Assembly: GCF_009914755.1 (NCBI RefSeq)
Contig: NC_060929.1
Length of the DNA: 64,000 bases
Origin: the human T2T-CHM13v2.0 reference genome, Homo sapiens
Reading direction: 5' to 3' (one strand)
Below, piece after piece: positions 57,186 through 64,000 of this stretch. The notes beneath the pieces were generated by a model that ran no database searches, had not been told where the DNA came from, and saw nothing but the letters and a program-made list of their open reading frames with translations. The position numbers and the translations under genes were made by a program. Each line of letters starts with the position of its first letter. Positions within the stretch are counted from its first letter, which is position 1.

Positions 57186-57834
57186 GCGATTTTAGTAAAT
57201 ACACAAAATGAGTGAATTGTCCCTTTCCCTTTAAAGCCACCCAGGGAACTTAGCTGTTCACATTATCATCAACCTGCTGCATTTCTCTCCCTAGGAGACC
57301 ACAAACCAGGAGAAACCATATGTGAGCTCACAACTCTAGCAAAAGCTTTGTTTTCATTGCATATGATTTGATTAAAATGATATTGCAGCCTTAAATTTTT
57401 TTGTACAGAGTTCTAGTGCTGAACTAACAGGCAAAAATTAAACAAGGTCAAGAAGTGAGCTATCAGGATCTACTCTGTATCCACCTTAAACAACCAACTC
57501 CTTCCCAGGTTGCACTACGCGAATGGCCTTTGCTGACGTCTTCTGAAACAGGATTAGATATAGCCATGCAGCTGATGTAATATTGTATCATCATTCCCAT
57601 GACAGGTACATGGTGGACTTTGTCACAGCAAGATGCTGCTCCCCGTTCAGTCCGCCATGTGGTGATTCTCTTTCTCCTGTCACCATCGTTGTGTCCCTAA
57701 TTTCCCCCAGCTCCCTTTACCCAATATAATCGGAGATGCATTAAACAACTCAGCCTTTTTTTCCTAGCTGCACTTGTCAACAATTTCAACACTGCCCTGT
57801 CACAATCCTAGACTCCAACCTGGGCCTTATATTT

Positions 57835-58552
57835 TTTTATCTTAATTCTCTATTGAAATATAATATATGCACAGAAAGTACACAAATCATAAAGGCAGTG
57901 GATTTTCACAAAGTGAACACAGTCAGGTAATAAAATTTAAAAAATTAGAACATTGCAGGACCCTAGAAGCCCACTTATGTTCTATCTCAGGCACCTTCTC
58001 CCCTGAAATATAACCACCATTCTGACTTCTAACACCAGAGCTCTGATTCTAAGCTTTATGTAAATGAAATCATGGCATGCACTCTTTTGTATCTGGATGC
58101 TTTGATCAACATTTTATTTTTTAGATTCATCCATATTGTATGTATTGAAGCTCATTCTTCTTTATTGCTACTGCGTGTTTCATTTTGTCAGTACACCAAA
58201 CATTAGTGAGTTGTTTGCATTTTTCACCATTATAAATAATGCTACTATATGCATATGTCTTTCAGTACAGAAATGTACACATTTCCACTGGACTATAAAA
58301 ACGGAATTGCTAGGCTATAGGATATTACATAGGTTCAGCCTTCGTAGATACTGAAAATGGTTTTCATAGATACTGAATCTACCCATTTACACTCTCACCA
58401 GCAGTCTAGGAGCATACCAGCTGCCCCACCGTCTCACAACACACAGCATTGTCAGTCTTTTTTATTTTAGCCATCCTGATGGATGTCAGATGGTATTGAT
58501 GTGGTACTGTAGATTTCATTTGCATTTCCTGCTGGCTAATGAAGTTGAGCCA
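57835..58552 (-). mobile_element. L1M (ME/MD-like) 3' fragment
   Basis: attgaaatataatatatgcacagaaagtacacaaatc...ccatttacactctcaccagcag...ttgcatttcctgctggctaatgaagttgagc. Confidence 0.8.
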
Positions 58553-59019
58553 CCCTGCTTTCTTAAGGTTTCAACTTTTACCAAGCCAATGGCCAGTCCT
58601 GGCACTCAGCTCCTCTCTGGTTACCACCTGCAAGGAATGCTGAGGAAAGAAGCAAGGGTCTGTACATTCTTTCCACTCAAAGCCTTCCTGTCTGTTGGCC
58701 TTTCTCAATGGTCCACCAATTGATTCCAAATCATGTCTCCATCTCCTGTACAGGTCACCCTGGTGGCAGCCTCTTTTCTCCTGCAATATCCAGTCTGACA
58801 CCTGCTTCCCCCTTATAAACTATTCTTAAGCTTACCAGATAGCCTTACCTCCCACTTGCACCAAGACAGACAAGCTCCTGTAGTGTGAAACCTGCATGTT
58901 CCCTTGCAGCCCTTATTTCATTCTTTTCTTCAGGCTCAGAGGAAGCATTGTTCCTCTTCTCTAAAACCTGTAATCACTGAGAAAATGTGTTCTTTTGAGT
59001 TTCCTTTGACACGTACTCT

Positions 59020-59400
59020 CTGTGTGACCAAGTACAAGTTACTTGACCTCTCCCGGACTCAGGTTTCTTCCCTGGAAAATTAGAATATTTCTTACCTCTT
59101 AAAATTGTTGTGAGACTTAAAGGATAATGTGCTTAAAATCCCTGGTTCAATGCCTGGTAGATATTTTGTGCTTAGTAAATATTAAACTCTTTCCTTCCAT
59201 TTCTCCTTTTATCTCTCCATTATTAATCTCCTCCTTTGCCTTAGAGGCAGTGAGATGGAAAAAAACTTGGCGTTCACAATCAGACACACCGCAATTTGAA
59301 ACCTTATGTTTACCATTGACTAGCTCAATTATTAACTCCCCTACGTCAGTTTCTTCAACTCTAAAGTGGAACTGTGGGTGTTACACTCAGAACCGTGAAA
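59020..59400 (+). mobile_element. Two MIR fragments
   Basis: caagttacttgacctctccc...gttgtgagacttaaagg and attaactcccctacgtcagtttcttc. Confidence 0.6.
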
Positions 59401-59914
59401 ATACAAGTCACTCCGGCTGACTGCAATTCTAGATTAGCTGTCTCAGACTGGTGGCCCACGGGCCATACCCGTCCTGTGTTGAGGTTCATTTGGTTGGTTG
59501 TTGGTTTTTACTTAAATTGTCTAGAGTTAAATATTAGGATAATTTACATTACATTTCAAAATGCGGGCATCTTTTGAAAAAACTAGATCTAGCAAAAGTG
59601 GTCACATTTCCTCACGGCAACAATCACCATGAGGAGCTGGCCATGTACTCTCTGGTCAGCCACACTCCCCTGCCCCTCTATTCTCTTCCAACCAGGCTAG
59701 TCTCCTTCATTTACTCTACGTGTATAGACCTTGATGGGTTTTCTATTATGTTTAGTTGCTACCTCTTTCTCTAGAGTCTTATTGAACTCAATGATGACTT
59801 GCCTGAGAGTTGCAAACCACTTCTAAAATGTTTAATATCACTTATTTTACAAATATAGACTACCTGATCTCCAGATTCTTACAGCTTACAACTGTCAGGC
59901 TCTTCAGAAAGCTC

Positions 59915-60388
59915 CTATATTGGTTTCCTGTTGCTATTGTAACTACCTAATGGAAAACCTAGTGAGAAAAGAATAGAAATTTATGATCTTACAGTTATGG
60001 ATATCAGAGGCCAAGAAGGGATCTTTTTGGCCTAATCAACAGGGCTGCATTAGTTTCTGGGAGGCTCCAGAGGAGAATCTATTTTCCTGCTTTTTCTGGC
60101 TTCCAAGGGCCGTCCTTATTCCTTGGCTCATGGCCCCTTCCTCTGTCTTCAAAGCCAGCAATGACTGGGTGATGCTTGACTTTCTCATGCTGCGTCACTC
60201 TGACACTTACTCTATTGCCTCATTCTTCCATCTTGAGGACCCTTGTGATTACACTGGGCCCACCCAGATAATCCAGGGTAATCTCCCCATCTCATATTCA
60301 GTTGATTGATGAACTTATTCCCCCCTTGTCAAAATATATTCATGGGTTCCAGAGACATTTTTGAGTGGCTGTTATTGTGACTACCACA
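59915..60388 (-). mobile_element. MLT1 (C/D-like) LTR
   Basis: tattggtttcctgttgct...ccttggctcatggccccttcctct...gattacactgggcccacccagataatccagg...actaccaca. Confidence 0.8.
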
Positions 60389-62073
60389 GCCCTCAACACT
60401 GTCACCAAGCCTTCCTTTCCTTGAAAGATACAGGTGAGCCAGGATTGCTGATTTATCCAATAGTGCTGCTACACATTTTCCTTCAGTTCAAAAACAATCC
60501 CCCAAAATGACAACTGAGTGTTGGCATCATAATGTTGTATGGGAAAGCAGTTTTCTCCTACATGCCTATAAATTCCAATGGACACTTTTTGCCATCTCTC
60601 TCCCCCCAAAAAAACACCATCAACATTTTGAATTGTTAGAAAGAAGGGAGGAGAAAAAGGAGAGCAAAAAAGAATGGCACTAGCTACAGTTTCAGGTGCA
60701 AATCCTCTTGGGGATTCTTTAAAAAGAAGAAATACTGAGGAGCATATCAAAGAAACGTTTATATTGCCTAGGGTACTCTAAGCCCTCAGCAAAGCTCCGA
60801 AGAATAATTCGGTCTGAGAGTAATCCTGAACTACTGAAGTCGCCCATGAATATTCCACCATGTTCTGTTCTCTATTCAACAGTGCTTTCATAAATTGCTC
60901 CAGGGAAGGTCATCTCACTTATCCACAACACCATCAGAATTAAACAGGAAACAGCAAACAGAATAGAGCAAGCACAGGTCACGTAAGATACTATCATATC
61001 TCTTCTCCAAATAGATCATCAGGGCATTGTTCCCAGTTCAAAAGGGAAAAAAGATGATAAATTAAATCCAATCCTGAAATATCTGTAATGAGCTAGGATC
61101 CAGACTTCATTTGCTACTTCATAATTTTAAGTAAGAAATCTTTCATGTTATATAATATGCTTAAAAATCGGTGAAATATGCACATATACATATATATGTA
61201 TACGTATATTTTTTTTCTTTATAACCTTTAGGGAATTTTACAGTGCAACAAATAAATGCTAAATATATTATTGCATGTTTTAATTTCTATCCCAGTTCAT
61301 TTCTTAAGTCATAGACAAAGTTAGCTAGGTAATCTGGTTCTAGCTCTGAAGGTGGGCAACATGGCCAACCTTGCCCTCCTTCTTGAAACCTTTCCAATCT
61401 TTCTGGAATCAGCTTCTTTAATCAGAGTCTTGTTCTTTCTACTTCTAAACTTTCTCAAATATTCCTCATTGTCTACATTTCCTAGAATTCATTTTTATAA
61501 CACATCACAGCTTTAAATCATTATCAGGGTAAATTTTTGTTTACCCTATGAGGACAGGGACATATCTGTCTCTTTCTCCCCAGCTACAGCCCTGTGCTTC
61601 TGCATAGCTGGCTCTCAAACATTGTTGAATGAATGAATGCTCCCTACCCCTATTTGTCTTTTTGGCATGCCTTATTTGTACCAGGCACTATTTTAAGTGT
61701 TTTGCATATATTAATATAATTCTTATAACCAATTTTATTATGTAGGGATCATTATTTTACAGATAAGAAAATGGGCATAGAAAGGTTCAGTAATTTTCAC
61801 ATACAACAGTTAGTAACAGATATCATTTATTGAGTACTTAATTTGTGCCAGGCAGGGCTGCCATTAGCTACCCAAAGTGACTATGTGTAAATTTGAAAAA
61901 GATGCCCCTTTTACATGGATAAATTACAAAAGGAGTCTCTTCCCTAGGCACAGGGCTTATCAGTGAAAGCCAGTTCCTACCTGTACTGGCCCCTCAACCA
62001 TGAGCATTTTTGGAGGGCACAGGCTACACAAAATACAGTGTATCTAATATCATTTCTTTTATAATATACTACC

Positions 62074-62387
<314 letters not shown>

Positions 62388-62759
62388 TTACAGCTTACAA
62401 CTGTCAGGCCTCGTCAGAAAGTCCTGTATTAGTTTCTTATTGCTGCTTAACAAATTGTCACCAATTTAGTAACTTGAAGCAATACAAATTTATTATCTTA
62501 TAGTTATGAATATCAGAGTCCCAGAATGGGCCACAAACTGCTCTGAGCACTAAATGGTGATAAACCCACAGCAACCCTATGAGATAAGCATCATTGTTAT
62601 CATCATCCTTATTTAACAGAAGCAAAAAACAAAGGCCAGAGAAGAAAAGTAATGGCTCAGAGCTTCCCAGCTATTGAGTGACACAGGTAAGACTAAGCCC
62701 AAACATTGTGGCCCCAGAGCTCACACTCCCAGCATTACTCTATAGTGAACTGTTTAGCC

Positions 62760-63655
62760 GGGGTTCCTGTAACAGCCTCCTACTCCCTAGTCTCCAGGCC
62801 TCCTAACGCATCCCACACTTCAATCTACTACAGAAGCCACAGCGAATTTCCAAAGATATCAATCTGCTCATATGTCCTTCATGTTTAAAACACTCAGTAG
62901 CTCTTCCATTCCCCTCCAGGTAAAGTCAAGACACTTGCCTGTGGTTGAATAGGCTCTGGTGATGTGATCCTGGTCACTCTTCATCGGCATCTCTGGTCCT
63001 TCCCTCTGCCTCTACCCCTCACTGCACACAATGACATAACCATAGCAAACATTCTGCTCAATACATTCTCCCATTCCCACTTGTCCCAGGCCTTAGCAAG
63101 TGATGTTCTTTCCACCTGGAAACTTTCTCTTCCGCCTCTTTGTTGACTATCTCCAAATGATAAGTCTCAGCCTAAATGTCTCAACCTCTGATCCATGGTC
63201 CTTCAACACTCAGTCTAAATTGGAACCCTTGATAGAGCCTTTCATCACAACTTGTGTTTTCCTTTATAGCAACATCGTACGTATGCATGTATGTAATTAT
63301 TCAGTCAACACTGACTTTCACCAATAGTAAGTTTCACGATGGCAAGGACAGTGTCTATTTTGTTAGTTAACTGTAAACTCAGCTTTTAGCACACTTCCTG
63401 GTAAACACAGGCAACCAAATATTGTCCATGTGCCTCCTGTGAGCTCACTGTGCTTCTCGCCTATAGCATTCCTCACAATACAGTTTATTGTCACTGCCTA
63501 TTTCTGTATTCCCCATTAGATTTCACTATTTTACACACTATGAGGACAAAGACTATATCTGACTTGGACCTCACTACTGAACCCCCAGTATCTAGCACAG
63601 AGTCAGCATATCGTGGACACTCAAACATTCCAGAATAAATGAATAAACAAGCATA
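62760..63655 (+). mobile_element. L2 3' fragments
   Basis: taacagcctcctact...tctactacagaagcc...gtatctagcacagagtcagcatatcgtggacactcaaac...aaatgaataa. Confidence 0.65.
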
Positions 63656-64000
63656 AACAACTGGCCCATTTGGGGTAACAATCCTCTTTATTACTACTGC
63701 CATAAATCAGATCAAGGGATTGAAGGATTGTTCTACTTTAACCACTTTAAAGGAATAGAATCTATTTAGAACATTGAGAGAAAGCTATCAGCTTCAAATT
63801 CTGACCAAATATTGTTTATTAGCCAAAACAGACAACAGGGCCAACTCAGGCCTCGATAAGAAACAATCCATGAGTTTAGTCAAAGATCTCATGAGTGACC
63901 ACTCAGACAGAAAATTTGGCATCTACCTGCCAACTCCTACAGAAACCAAGAGCCAAGAACTGCAAAGAATGATCCCAGAGGTAACTGACTGACTGACTGT

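Overview
This is primate, most likely human, genomic DNA: AT-rich, repeat-dense and intronic or intergenic. No multi-exon protein-coding gene can be read from it. The long ORFs in the track are broken LINE-1 ORF1/ORF2 fragments; the rest are Alu/LTR-derived or chance ORFs. Content: an old plus-strand L1 (1-8680) split at one target site by both an AluS and a full-length L1PA; nine Alus; solo LTRs (MER34-, THE1-, MER67/31-, MER57-, MST-, MLT1-, LTR33-like); DNA-transposon MITEs (MER44, Tigger2a, MER53, MER94); L2 and MIR relics; microsatellites. Structures that repeat annotation does not explain: (1) a ~1.2 kb-arm inverted duplication (12931-16367) whose arms look too similar for the THE1 LTR present in only one arm; (2) a ~98% identical 230-bp inverted copy of part of an old MER44 (24906-25706); (3) two retroelements sharing one target site, leaving three TSD copies; (4) an L1 3' transduction; (5) several short locally templated duplications and a micro-inversion; (6) a perfect 15-bp estrogen response element; (7) candidate minus-strand small exons, including a 30-nt microexon. 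Repeat subfamily names come from recalled consensus sequences and need RepeatMasker/Dfam confirmation. Identities were counted by eye.
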